A stretch of DNA of 64,000 nucleotides from an uncultured Bacillales bacterium (GTDB lineage Bacteria > Bacillota_I > Bacilli_A > RFN20 > CAG-826): NCBI GenBank assembly GCA_946403545.1, contig CAMJAG010000001.1, positions 872 to 64,871 of the forward strand. The letters are read 5' to 3'. Shown here piece by piece: positions 8,535 through 18,354 of the stretch. The notes beneath the pieces are model-generated. The model did not search any database. It was not told the DNA's origin and saw only the letters and a program-made list of their open reading frames with translations. A program made the position numbers and the translations under genes. Each line of letters begins with the position of its first letter. The stretch's first letter is position 1.

Positions 8535-11204
8535 CTAAAGAGCAGTTCTTGTGTTTGTTGTGTAACCGATATCTACTAAGAGTCTTAAGTTATCGACATA
8601 GATATCACTTGCTGTGTAATCGTTATTAACGATACCGAAGGACACTGATTCAATATTCTTTGCGTAGTTAGCGGAAATTGTCTTACTACTACCATTAACG
8701 TCCTTGAATAAAGAGAATCCTATTTCATAATGTGTCCAAACAGTTGGAAGATCGCCTAAAGTTACTCTCATCTTGAATAAAGTAGAACCACTTCTCCAGT
8801 TAAGATTGAGATAAACTGTAGCTTTACCATCACCTTTAATATCGATTGCAAAGCCTTTTGCAGTAACTGTATTTGCAAATTGCGTAATTCTACCATAAGA
8901 GACTGATTCATAACTCTTGTAGTGCATTCTTAAGGATTTAGCACCACCAACACTAGAAACATCATTCGCTAATGCCATCTCGTTATAGTCTCTTTCTGTT
9001 AAATAACTCCAATTATCAAAGATTTCATCACTATTTGCATAGCTTTCCATTGTTTCAAATGTAATTCTATTTGGATTATCAGTATCAGGTTTAATTGTGC
9101 CACTGATTTCTGTAACAGAAGTTTCTGTAGCATTTACAAAGTAAAGTTCATCTAGATAGACTGGGTTAGCAATAGCGTATGTTGGATGGTGATTACCTTG
9201 TTGATCATAGTAAAGGTATTTAAATCCAAGAGCCATGTGAACGATATGTTCACTACTAAGTGGTTTTGGTTCATCGAATAAGTCGGCTTCGTTATTTAGT
9301 TCAAAGTCAGAGAACTTAATTGTGTAGTTATGCCATTCTTTCTTAACCTTTGGAATAACATATCTATACCATTCACCTGAATCCATAGTGAGTTGAATTG
9401 TGAGTTCTGCAGCAATATCGTTTTCATCAAGATATGCAACTGCAGGATCATCAAACTTAACAGAAGCATCTTTTAACCAGATTTGGAATGCGTTCTTATT
9501 CTTAACTGCACTTGAATCCATATAGAGTTGGTAAACAGCCATTTCCATATCTGCTTTATAGTCAAATTCGCCACAATATGGATTTCTACTACCACCAGAT
9601 TTATGTGTATTATCGAGTTTCATAGCTTCGTCTTTATTGACTACACTTTGATCCCAATAATAGTAAAGTTGTGTATAAACATCGTAGTTATTGAAGTCTT
9701 CGATACAACCGTTTTCACTAACTACTCTTGTTCTTGAATCGACAATATCATCAATCTTAATAACTTCTAAATCTTTAATAGAAATAGAACCTGTGGAATA
9801 GTTATCTGCTAAACCAATGTTGAACTTTTGAATGAAGTAGAATTGTTTAGCACCATCACCAGTCATATAGTCTGTTCTTTGGAACGCTTTTAGTGGGATA
9901 ACTAATTCTTTATATTCATCTCTTCCAAAGTATGTGAAGGAGATCTTGAATTGCCATCTATCGTTATCTTCTTCTAAGATTCTGAAATAAAACATTGCAT
10001 TAGTAGCGGAGCCAGTGATTTTGACTTTCATTCTAACAGCGTCGCCTTGTACAAAGTACTTATAGACATTAACGTTTTGGAAACCATAGCCATTGAAACC
10101 ATTTGGATTTGTTTCAGCGTTTTTCGCTACGTATCCTAAAGTTAATTCAGTTCCATCTTCAGAAATAGTTTTATCGAAGTTGAAGTTTTCATAAGTCCAA
10201 TCTTTCATATCTGTACTTCTGAAATCCATCTTCTTCATAAACATATGTTCATAGTTTTCGTATTTAACCGCTTTGATATTGGAGAATAAGCAAATTCCAT
10301 CCCCAAATGTTCTTTCGAAAACTATTTCAAAATATCTAATATGTTCCCAGTCAAATCTTCTATTAAAGACGTTTCCACCAGCAGTTCTAAGTTCAAATTC
10401 ATCATATTTCATTAAGATAGTTTGTTTTGCGTTATTTGAAATTTGAACTTGTTTATGCCAATATTCACCATCATAGTCTAAAACACGAACTAGAACAGTT
10501 GCGTCATGACCTGAATAATAGAAATTGAAATAGAAACTATCTGTACCATAAAGTTCTCTATCTTCTGTCTTTGTAATAACAATCCAACCATCACTCTTAG
10601 CGATGCCTTGGCTTGTATGTTCTTTATCAAAAACAATTGCTAAAGAATCTTTACCATTACCAAAGAAGTTACTTCTATCAATAGAGATATTTGCATAACT
10701 TCCTTCTTTATGTAATACCCAGTCTTGTTCATCTTCAATTGTGATTGGGATTTCATCAATCTTAGCGGATTCATAGAAGAAATTTCTATCCGTTTTAGAT
10801 TTTTTAGTGTGATCTTTATTAACCGCAGTTACTCTCCAATAGTAAAGAATATCTTTCTTTGGAAGAACATAAGTTAAATCAAATTTGTTGTTACTTAAAT
10901 TAGATTCTCTAACATAAACTTCATCAGGATCATCTGATAAGAAGTTAAGTGTGCTAGCGATTTCTAATTGATAATAATCTGCATTTGGACAAGCTTCCCA
11001 AGTAAAGGAAAATCCTTCGCCTGTAGAGAAACCATTTTCAGGTCCAACAAGATTAAAGTCTGCAATTTCCCCTGTTTTTCTTGGGTGAACTGCACTGTGA
11101 GTTGGATATGAAGTGTTATCAATAGATACTGATTCACTAGGCTCAGCTCCACATCCAGTAAGCAATAAAGGTAAAAGTAAGAAGCCTAAAAATCTCTTTT
11201 TCAT
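8535..11204 (-). CDS. large surface lipoprotein with CBM-like beta-sandwich modules
   Basis: Lipobox LLTGC. 889 aa with no catalytic motif visible. Repeated pattern of FE/FN...W...G..SL..., as in carbohydrate-binding modules. Confidence 0.55.
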   Translation of the reverse strand: MKKRFLGFLLLPLLLTGCGAEPSESVSIDNTSYPTHSAVHPRKTGEIADFNLVGPENGFSTGEGFSFTWEACPNADYYQLEIASTLNFLSDDPDEVYVRESNLSNNKFDLTYVLPKKDILYYWRVTAVNKDHTKKSKTDRNFFYESAKIDEIPITIEDEQDWVLHKEGSYANISIDRSNFFGNGKDSLAIVFDKEHTSQGIAKSDGWIVITKTEDRELYGTDSFYFNFYYSGHDATVLVRVLDYDGEYWHKQVQISNNAKQTILMKYDEFELRTAGGNVFNRRFDWEHIRYFEIVFERTFGDGICLFSNIKAVKYENYEHMFMKKMDFRSTDMKDWTYENFNFDKTISEDGTELTLGYVAKNAETNPNGFNGYGFQNVNVYKYFVQGDAVRMKVKITGSATNAMFYFRILEEDNDRWQFKISFTYFGRDEYKELVIPLKAFQRTDYMTGDGAKQFYFIQKFNIGLADNYSTGSISIKDLEVIKIDDIVDSRTRVVSENGCIEDFNNYDVYTQLYYYWDQSVVNKDEAMKLDNTHKSGGSRNPYCGEFDYKADMEMAVYQLYMDSSAVKNKNAFQIWLKDASVKFDDPAVAYLDENDIAAELTIQLTMDSGEWYRYVIPKVKKEWHNYTIKFSDFELNNEADLFDEPKPLSSEHIVHMALGFKYLYYDQQGNHHPTYAIANPVYLDELYFVNATETSVTEISGTIKPDTDNPNRITFETMESYANSDEIFDNWSYLTERDYNEMALANDVSSVGGAKSLRMHYKSYESVSYGRITQFANTVTAKGFAIDIKGDGKATVYLNLNWRSGSTLFKMRVTLGDLPTVWTHYEIGFSLFKDVNGSSKTISANYAKNIESVSFGIVNNDYTASDIYVDNLRLLVDIGYTTNTRTAL

Positions 11205-11205
11205 A

Positions 11206-12753
11206 TTAAAGCTCCTTACTAGAGAGAATTACCATTGTAGAAGTTGGTACTTCGATTTCAATCTTATCGTTTAAGGATGCATCTAAGACCATATTTTCTC
11301 TCACGAAACCATCATCGCCGAGTTTTAATTCGTTTTCGTTATAAATGTAGACGTAGACTTTTCCAGAATCTTGGAATTCTTCTCCAATTCTAAACGTCTT
11401 AGTAACAGTGAACATGCTTCTATTAATAGCAACAACACCTGCATAAGAATTACTTGGTCCAATAATGCCCATACTTCTAAAGTCTTTTGAAATACTTGGA
11501 TCATTTAATCCAGAATCAATAACTTTAGAACCTGCTCGCATTAAGTTAGTTAATAAGACAGAGCTATGATACCAAGGTCTAAGTCTTTGTTTTGCAGCAC
11601 TATCACTTCCTAAAGAGGAGAACATACCCCAACCTTTAGATGTCATTGTGCCATCATCGTTATAAATAAAGTGCATACCATCATCAAAGTCCCAGTAAAC
11701 AACACTAGAAACTCCAGAGATAACACTTTGAAGTGTATAATCTGCCATTCTTAAGCCATATGAGAAGTTAGCAATAAATGCGTTAGAGTCAGTTGCGGCA
11801 TCTTTACCATCATATAAACCTGCTTCCCAGATGTGTGGCATTCTTGAAACACCTAATTCACTATCGATACCTTTGATCTTTGTGAAGACTTGTTTTGTTC
11901 TTGTGATTAAGTCTCCTGTATCAATAATGATGTTTGGACAATATAAGTGATATCCATAGTCACCTACTTTTGCTTTGAGTTCCTCACTGTTAGCGATACC
12001 AGAGAAGTATTCATCTGTACCTTCAAAACCAGTGGTGTCACCACCAACGATTTTGATGTAGTTAAATCCTCTAGCGTCTAATTCAGCGCGAACATTCTTA
12101 ACACCTTTAGACCATACTTCAAAAGTGTTTTTGAAGTTTTTACTTCTACCTTCAACACCTTTATAGTTAGGTTCGTTTGAATTAACGAAATATTTAATAC
12201 ATCTAATTCCTTGGAATTTGATGAGATATTCAAGCACATCAGCGGTCATTTTAGCCCATCTAGGATCACTTGTAACATCCCCAAACATGTTATATTCATC
12301 TTTTCCTAAACTACCAGGAACATTCCAACATCCAAACGCTACTGTTATGTTATGATCATCACAATATTTAAGGACATCTATTGTGTTGTTCATAAGTTTA
12401 TTTGAGAAGTTATATTCCCAAGTATCATCTGATTTGTCAGAGTTGTTTTTATCATCAAAATTGGTGATAAACCAGTCATAGTTAAGCATGCATCTAGATA
12501 CTTGAGGATTTAATCTGTCCATAATCTTTAATGAACGTTCCCAAGAACCAGATGAGAGTTTATCAGGGTCTTCATAAGTACCCCATTCAACACCTAAACC
12601 TTCGAAGTTATTCAAAACAATGTTTTCCTTTGTAAAGGTAACATCATCTAGATTTACTTCCTTAGATTTCACGTCGTTTTTTTGACAACCCATAATAGTG
12701 AAAAGACAAGAAGATAATATTCCAAAACTTAAAATTTTCTTTGTCTTTGTCAT
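11206..12753 (-). CDS. lipoprotein, clan GH-A (GH5/GH30-like) glycoside hydrolase
   Basis: Lipobox IMGC. Candidate acid/base in VNSNEPNY, HLY motif, candidate nucleophile in IWEAG. Confidence 0.5.
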   Translation of the reverse strand: MTKTKKILSFGILSSCLFTIMGCQKNDVKSKEVNLDDVTFTKENIVLNNFEGLGVEWGTYEDPDKLSSGSWERSLKIMDRLNPQVSRCMLNYDWFITNFDDKNNSDKSDDTWEYNFSNKLMNNTIDVLKYCDDHNITVAFGCWNVPGSLGKDEYNMFGDVTSDPRWAKMTADVLEYLIKFQGIRCIKYFVNSNEPNYKGVEGRSKNFKNTFEVWSKGVKNVRAELDARGFNYIKIVGGDTTGFEGTDEYFSGIANSEELKAKVGDYGYHLYCPNIIIDTGDLITRTKQVFTKIKGIDSELGVSRMPHIWEAGLYDGKDAATDSNAFIANFSYGLRMADYTLQSVISGVSSVVYWDFDDGMHFIYNDDGTMTSKGWGMFSSLGSDSAAKQRLRPWYHSSVLLTNLMRAGSKVIDSGLNDPSISKDFRSMGIIGPSNSYAGVVAINRSMFTVTKTFRIGEEFQDSGKVYVYIYNENELKLGDDGFVRENMVLDASLNDKIEIEVPTSTMVILSSKEL

Positions 12754-12757
12754 AAAA

Positions 12758-14383
12758 TTATTTTCCTAACTTTTCGTTAATTTCTGCTAAAATCTTTGTC
12801 CAATTTGTGTTATTGAATTTTGCTTTATAAGCATCAATTGTAGAGTATTGACCGAATGCATATTTCATAGCATCAACGTTAGCGTCTGCTAAGATTGATT
12901 CTGTTTTGTCATTCTTTGTCTTTGTGGACATCCAAGAAATATCGCTTGGTTCTTTAACCACTCTTAATTGATTTGCGGCTTTAACTGTCTTCATTTCTTC
13001 AATCCAAGCGTTATGAAGATTGAATGTTTCCATATCTGTGAATGGGTCATATGCTTTTGTGTCATTACCTAATGTAGCCATATATCTTAGATATTTACCA
13101 CCATTTGGTTTAGAACCATATTTACCATCTGAGCCTTTTTCCCAAGACATTGGATTGAGTTCGACTTTTCCATCGACCATGTTCCAGTCATATCCTTCGA
13201 TACCATAGATAGCAAACTTAGTGCCTTCATCAGAAAGTAAGTAATCAAGGATATCTAAGATTTTTTCCATCTTTGTATCAGAGATGTTGTAGTTAAATAA
13301 TGTAATTGAGAACCAGTTTTCAGTTCCTTCTAAAGCGAATTTACCATCCGGTCCTTTAACTTTAAGGAATGCAGTACCATCGTCTAAATTGACGTATTTG
13401 TTACTTGTTTTGAATTCTTTTCTTAAAGTTAAGTAGTTTGCAAGAGAGAAGTTATCGTATAAAATTGCTGCTCTACCTGCTAAATATTCTTTATTAGCTT
13501 TACCATCATCAAAGTTGAATTGGTCTTGTGAGTAGTAATGGCTACTAACGAATTCTTTAGCAACTTCTAAGCCAGCGATATAGCCATCAGATGTGAATGC
13601 GTTGATTGCTCTACCATTAGCGTCTTTTGTATAGCAGTGAGGAGCGTCTTTATAGAAGTTAGTAACAGAAGGGAATCCCCATCTTTCATCCACCATTGCG
13701 CATGCTTTATCAGTATTTGCAAAGTCTTTCTTTGTGATGTTTGTGGAAAATGCTGCTACTAATCTTTTGAATTCATCCCATGTGTACACGTCTCCTTCTT
13801 TATATACAGGTGTGTATCCAGCGGTATTCTTATTAGCTTCATCAATTGCTTTAGCCCAGTCTCTACGATAGACATAAGTGAAGTTTGAGAAGTCTTTTGT
13901 AGGATTAGAAATATCGTTAGCGATTGGAATACCATATAGTTTTCCATTAACTTTTAATGCATCAAGGTTAGAGATGTTATCTAACATGGATTTTAAGTTA
14001 GGCCATTTAGATAAGTTATCAGGAAGTGCCTTAAACATTAAATTATCAACCCACTTTTCATAAGTTGAGCCGAAGTTATACGCTTTTAAGTTGAATTGGA
14101 TTGTATCTGCTAAGTTATTACCATTGATAGATGTGTTAACTTCTTGATCCCAATCTGTGTAACTGTAGTTACTTGCTTCAATCTTTACGTTAAATTTCTC
14201 ATTAATCTTTTCTGTATAAACGTCTTCACCTTCCCAGTTATCGAAGTAGACGTTTTTTAGTTGTAAACGAAGACGACCTTCATTATCGTATTTATCTTCT
14301 CCGTTTTTTCCTCCACATGCAGTCATTCCTAATGTAAGGAACGCTACCATAGAACTTGCAAATATTAATTTAGTGTTTTTCAT
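12758..14383 (-). CDS. ABC transporter extracellular sugar-binding lipoprotein (LplA-like, large family 1 SBP)
   Basis: Lipobox MTAC. 541 aa. Lies directly upstream of the two permease genes. Confidence 0.75.
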   Translation of the reverse strand: MKNTKLIFASSMVAFLTLGMTACGGKNGEDKYDNEGRLRLQLKNVYFDNWEGEDVYTEKINEKFNVKIEASNYSYTDWDQEVNTSINGNNLADTIQFNLKAYNFGSTYEKWVDNLMFKALPDNLSKWPNLKSMLDNISNLDALKVNGKLYGIPIANDISNPTKDFSNFTYVYRRDWAKAIDEANKNTAGYTPVYKEGDVYTWDEFKRLVAAFSTNITKKDFANTDKACAMVDERWGFPSVTNFYKDAPHCYTKDANGRAINAFTSDGYIAGLEVAKEFVSSHYYSQDQFNFDDGKANKEYLAGRAAILYDNFSLANYLTLRKEFKTSNKYVNLDDGTAFLKVKGPDGKFALEGTENWFSITLFNYNISDTKMEKILDILDYLLSDEGTKFAIYGIEGYDWNMVDGKVELNPMSWEKGSDGKYGSKPNGGKYLRYMATLGNDTKAYDPFTDMETFNLHNAWIEEMKTVKAANQLRVVKEPSDISWMSTKTKNDKTESILADANVDAMKYAFGQYSTIDAYKAKFNNTNWTKILAEINEKLGK

Positions 14384-14400
14384 AAAATAACCTCCTTTTG

Positions 14401-15312
14401 TTATCCTTTAATAGCACCAACAACTATGCCTTTTACAAAGAATCTTTGTAAGAAAGGATAGAAACTCATCATAGGTACAATAGTGAAGAAGATACTCGCC
14501 ATTGTAAGACCTTCTGAATACCCTTCTCTTGCTTCAGGGTTTTCAATGTTCGATGAGACCTTTGCAATCATAGTTCGTAATACTTGTTGTAATGGCCATA
14601 TCTTTCTATTGTCTGGAATGAATAACATAGCGTTATACCATGAGTTCCAGTTACCAACAGCGAAGAATAAGCCAATTGTTGCTAGCATTGGAAGTGAGAG
14701 TGGTAAGAAGATCTTAACGAAGATGATAATGTCATTAGCACCATCAATCTTTGCGGATTCTTCCATTTCCACTGGTAAGCTAGCAAAATAGTTACGCATT
14801 AATAACATATTAAATGTATCAATTGCGCCAGGAATGATCATAACCCAAATAGTGTTCATCATTCCTAAATCCCTAATTAAGTAATAGTAAGGAATCATTC
14901 CACCACCAAAGAACATAGTGACAAGAATCATATTCATTACTAAGTTTTTACCTGTCCAGTTATGTCTTGATAAAGCATAGCCTGTAATAACGGTAAAGAA
15001 TAATTGATATAAGGTACCACCAATAAGAAGAATCATTGTGATACCAAAGCCACTCCATAAGTTCTTATCAGCGAAAACCTGTTTATAGCTAGATAAGTCT
15101 AATTGAGTAGGCCAGAGTAATAAGTCTGAATGTAAATATGCATCTTCAGTAGAAATAGAAATAACGAAAGCATTCCAGAATGGGAAGATAATTAATAATG
15201 CGTAAATACAAAGGATAACGCAGATAATTACATCTAAACCTTGAATCTTTCTATCTCTTGAAGAGCCTCTTGGTCTAAGAGGAAGACGCGCTAATTGTTG
15301 ATATTTTTTCAT
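14401..15312 (-). CDS. carbohydrate ABC transporter permease
   Basis: Six TM segments. EAA-type loop ESAKIDGANDIIIFVKIFLPLSLP. Confidence 0.85.
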   Translation of the reverse strand: MKKYQQLARLPLRPRGSSRDRKIQGLDVIICVILCIYALLIIFPFWNAFVISISTEDAYLHSDLLLWPTQLDLSSYKQVFADKNLWSGFGITMILLIGGTLYQLFFTVITGYALSRHNWTGKNLVMNMILVTMFFGGGMIPYYYLIRDLGMMNTIWVMIIPGAIDTFNMLLMRNYFASLPVEMEESAKIDGANDIIIFVKIFLPLSLPMLATIGLFFAVGNWNSWYNAMLFIPDNRKIWPLQQVLRTMIAKVSSNIENPEAREGYSEGLTMASIFFTIVPMMSFYPFLQRFFVKGIVVGAIKG

Positions 15313-15314
15313 AA

Positions 15315-16256
15315 TTAGATAATTCCCCTTTCACCACAAGCTTTAGCAATTCTATCGACAGTGATAACAAGTGCAAAACCAATTACTGATTTAAATAAAC
15401 CAATAGCGGTACCTACACCAGCGGAATCACTACCAACAATTGCATGATAATAAATATAAGTGTCAATAATATTGACATCTTCTCTAATAAGTGGGTTTCC
15501 TAAGTTAAGGATTTGGTCAAAACCAGCAGAAAGGACACCACCAACAGACATGATAAGTAGGAGAATCGCTGTTGGTTTGATTCCTGGCAAAGTAATGTGC
15601 CAAATCTTTTGTAAACGAGTCGCACCATCGATATCTGCGGCTTCGTATTGGTCTTGCGGGATACCCGCCATAGTGGCTAAGTAAATAATGCTTCCCCAGC
15701 CAGCTTCTTTCCAAATATCACTAGCGAAAACTAGTCCAAAGAAGAAGTTTTTATTCGCTAGGAAGTTCGTTCGGTCTCCTCCCATCGCCTTTATCAGCGA
15801 GTTAATCGCACCATTATATGCGAATAATGAGAAGACGAAACCTGAGACGACAACCCATGAAAGGAAGTGAGGGAAAGTAACGATTGTTTGAATTGTCTTC
15901 TTAGTCTTAATCATTCTTAATTCATTAAGTAATAAAGCAGTTGTAACTGCGCCTAAGAAACCAATAACAATCTTAACGGAACCAATGATGAGTGTATTTC
16001 TAAATGCTAACCAGAATTTTGGTTCTTCGAAGACTCTAACAAAGTTATCAAAGCCATTCCATGGCGAATTCCAAACACCTAACCTAGGTTTAAAGTCTTT
16101 AAATGCCATTAAGACACCATACATTGGAACATAACAGAAGATGATATAGAAAACGATGGCAGGCAAAATCATGAGGAGTAAATATTTACTTCTCCAGAAT
16201 TTGTTGCCGAATTTGACAAACACGTTATTTCTTCTTGAAATTGTCGTAAGTTCCAT
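15315..16256 (-). CDS. carbohydrate ABC transporter permease (LplB-like)
   Basis: EAA-type loop YEAADIDGATRLQKIWHITLPGIKP. Six TM segments. Confidence 0.85.
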   Translation of the reverse strand: MELTTISRRNNVFVKFGNKFWRSKYLLLMILPAIVFYIIFCYVPMYGVLMAFKDFKPRLGVWNSPWNGFDNFVRVFEEPKFWLAFRNTLIIGSVKIVIGFLGAVTTALLLNELRMIKTKKTIQTIVTFPHFLSWVVVSGFVFSLFAYNGAINSLIKAMGGDRTNFLANKNFFFGLVFASDIWKEAGWGSIIYLATMAGIPQDQYEAADIDGATRLQKIWHITLPGIKPTAILLLIMSVGGVLSAGFDQILNLGNPLIREDVNIIDTYIYYHAIVGSDSAGVGTAIGLFKSVIGFALVITVDRIAKACGERGII

Positions 16257-16261
16257 AAATC

Positions 16262-17245
16262 TTATCTTTCGTATTTAAGAATGTAATCGATGACTGTATC
16301 TATATCAGTGAATAATAATTCTGTAACTGTATCCGCCCCACCAGCGTAAATAGCAATTCTTCCTGTTTTAGCATCGGCTAAACATGAAACTGGGAACAAA
16401 ACATTTGGTACATATCCACTAGTTTCATAGATTTTTTCAGGAGCTAATAGGAAATTGCCACATCTATGAAGTACTTTACTTGGATCATCTCTATCTACGA
16501 TTGCAGCACCGATAGAATAGACAAGACCAGAGCAAGTTAAGTTAGCACCATGGAAGAATACTAACCAACCTAAGTCACATTCAATAGGAGTTGGTCCAGC
16601 ACCAATTTTAGTGCCACACCACCATTCCCATCCTTTTTCCATAACATGTCTATGATGTCCCCAATATTCCAAATCTTTAGAATAGCTAAGGAAGATATCA
16701 CCGAATAATGTATGTCCTGAGTCACTTGGACGTGAGAACATAGCGTATTCTCCATTAATCTTTCTTGGGAATAAGACACCATTTCTATTAAATGGAAGGA
16801 ATGGATTATCAATTAATTCGAAGTTTTTGAAATCTTTAGTTTTGCCAATACCTAATGTTGGTCCATGATTTGCAGTGCAGAAGACAATATAATATGTGCC
16901 TTCAATTTCTACTAAACGAGGGTCGTATGCATATTCTAATTTGACTGGATTTCCATTTTTATCCTTGAAGACGATTGGGTCAACTTCAAAGTCAAAATGA
17001 ATACCATCTTTAGAATGTCCAACAAAAAGGAATGGAATGCCATTTTTTGTGTCTGCTCTAAAAACACCAATGAATTCACCCTTATATGCCATGACTGCAC
17101 TGTTAAATACACGTGAAGCATTTGGGAATGGATTCATTTTAATAATAGGATTTTCAGAATATCTCCATATTGGACCATCGTATCCTTCAGGACGAGGTTG
17201 ATATGGCATGTTATTCAATTCATTTCCATAAATTTTGTGTTTCAT
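16262..17245 (-). CDS. GH130 beta-mannoside phosphorylase (second paralog)
   Basis: 327 aa. YDPRLV, NRNGVLFPRKI, KIGAGPTPI and FFHG blocks. Confidence 0.8.
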   Translation of the reverse strand: MKHKIYGNELNNMPYQPRPEGYDGPIWRYSENPIIKMNPFPNASRVFNSAVMAYKGEFIGVFRADTKNGIPFLFVGHSKDGIHFDFEVDPIVFKDKNGNPVKLEYAYDPRLVEIEGTYYIVFCTANHGPTLGIGKTKDFKNFELIDNPFLPFNRNGVLFPRKINGEYAMFSRPSDSGHTLFGDIFLSYSKDLEYWGHHRHVMEKGWEWWCGTKIGAGPTPIECDLGWLVFFHGANLTCSGLVYSIGAAIVDRDDPSKVLHRCGNFLLAPEKIYETSGYVPNVLFPVSCLADAKTGRIAIYAGGADTVTELLFTDIDTVIDYILKYER

Positions 17246-17255
17246 ATTTAACTAC

Positions 17256-18263
17256 CTACTTTACTATTTCTCTATTCGATTCTCTTTCAATAAAGTCACA
17301 ACGAATGACTATTTGAGAATACGCAATTTGATGTGATTTGATGGAATTTGCAATGTATTTTGCTACTTCTTCTCCAATTTCCTGTCTAGGAATATTGAAT
17401 GTTGATAGTTTAGGAGTTACAAATTCACCAGTCCTGATGTTATCGAATCCAATAACTGAAATATCATCAGGAACTTTTTTATTTAATCTATTAATTGTCT
17501 TAATAGCGTTTAACGCAATGATGTCATTAGCGCATACAATCGCAGTAATTGGATTATTATTTAAGGCATTTACAAGCATGTTTTCATCAGCGTAATCCTT
17601 TTTATCATTATTAAAAATAATGCTATAAGGAACTGCTTCATCTTTATGGGTTTCCATACAAGACATATATCCTTCGTGTCTTTCTCTGAAGGATGTACTA
17701 TGAGAGTCACTACCATAGAAAGCAATGTCTCTATGTCCTTGCCTAATTAGTCTTTGTGTAGCTAAATAAGCACTGTCGTAATTGGAGAATTTAAACTGTG
17801 TTGCTTCGGAATAGAATGTTTTAGGATCTACGACGACTGTTGGTTTATTCTTACTAATTACAACATCCATAATTGACTTAGGAGTAACATGCATAATGAT
17901 GTAAGCGCCACAAGAAGAGTCTTTAAGTTTTTTAAGAAGCGCATCATCAATCCTATCTTCTTCGAATACAAAATATTCCATGATGAGATTGTTTCTAGAA
18001 AGTGTGGAAGATATAGAGGTAATAATTGGTTGCCAGAAATCTTCTTTAAACAATATTCTTGATGAGCTAATCAAAAGAACATGGCTACTAGATACCTTAT
18101 AAGCTTTTAACTTAGAAGTGTCATAGCCTAACTCTGTAGCCTTCCTAATGATTTTCTCTCTAGTTTCATCAGAGACATTGTTTTTGCCTCCCAATGCTCT
18201 AGAAACCAAACCTTTAGTAACGTTACATTCTAATGCGATTTGTTCTAATGTCGTTTTTTTCAT
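17256..18263 (-). CDS. LacI-family transcriptional regulator
   Basis: N-terminal HTH TLEQIALECNVTKGLVSRAL followed by a periplasmic-binding-protein-like sugar-sensing core. Confidence 0.85.
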   Translation of the reverse strand: MKKTTLEQIALECNVTKGLVSRALGGKNNVSDETREKIIRKATELGYDTSKLKAYKVSSSHVLLISSSRILFKEDFWQPIITSISSTLSRNNLIMEYFVFEEDRIDDALLKKLKDSSCGAYIIMHVTPKSIMDVVISKNKPTVVVDPKTFYSEATQFKFSNYDSAYLATQRLIRQGHRDIAFYGSDSHSTSFRERHEGYMSCMETHKDEAVPYSIIFNNDKKDYADENMLVNALNNNPITAIVCANDIIALNAIKTINRLNKKVPDDISVIGFDNIRTGEFVTPKLSTFNIPRQEIGEEVAKYIANSIKSHQIAYSQIVIRCDFIERESNREIVK

Positions 18264-18304
18264 AATTTTTCTTTAATAATATTTAATAAAATAATACGAG
18301 TATA

Positions 18305-18327
18305 GGAGGGGTAATAAATACCCCTCC
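18305..18327 (-). terminator. intrinsic terminator after the 1062-aa lipoprotein gene
   Basis: Arms GGAGGGG (18305-18311) and CCCCTCC (18321-18327), with U-rich sequence downstream on the minus strand. Confidence 0.6.
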
Positions 18328-18354
18328 ATGAATGAGTGTATATATGTGCAAGGA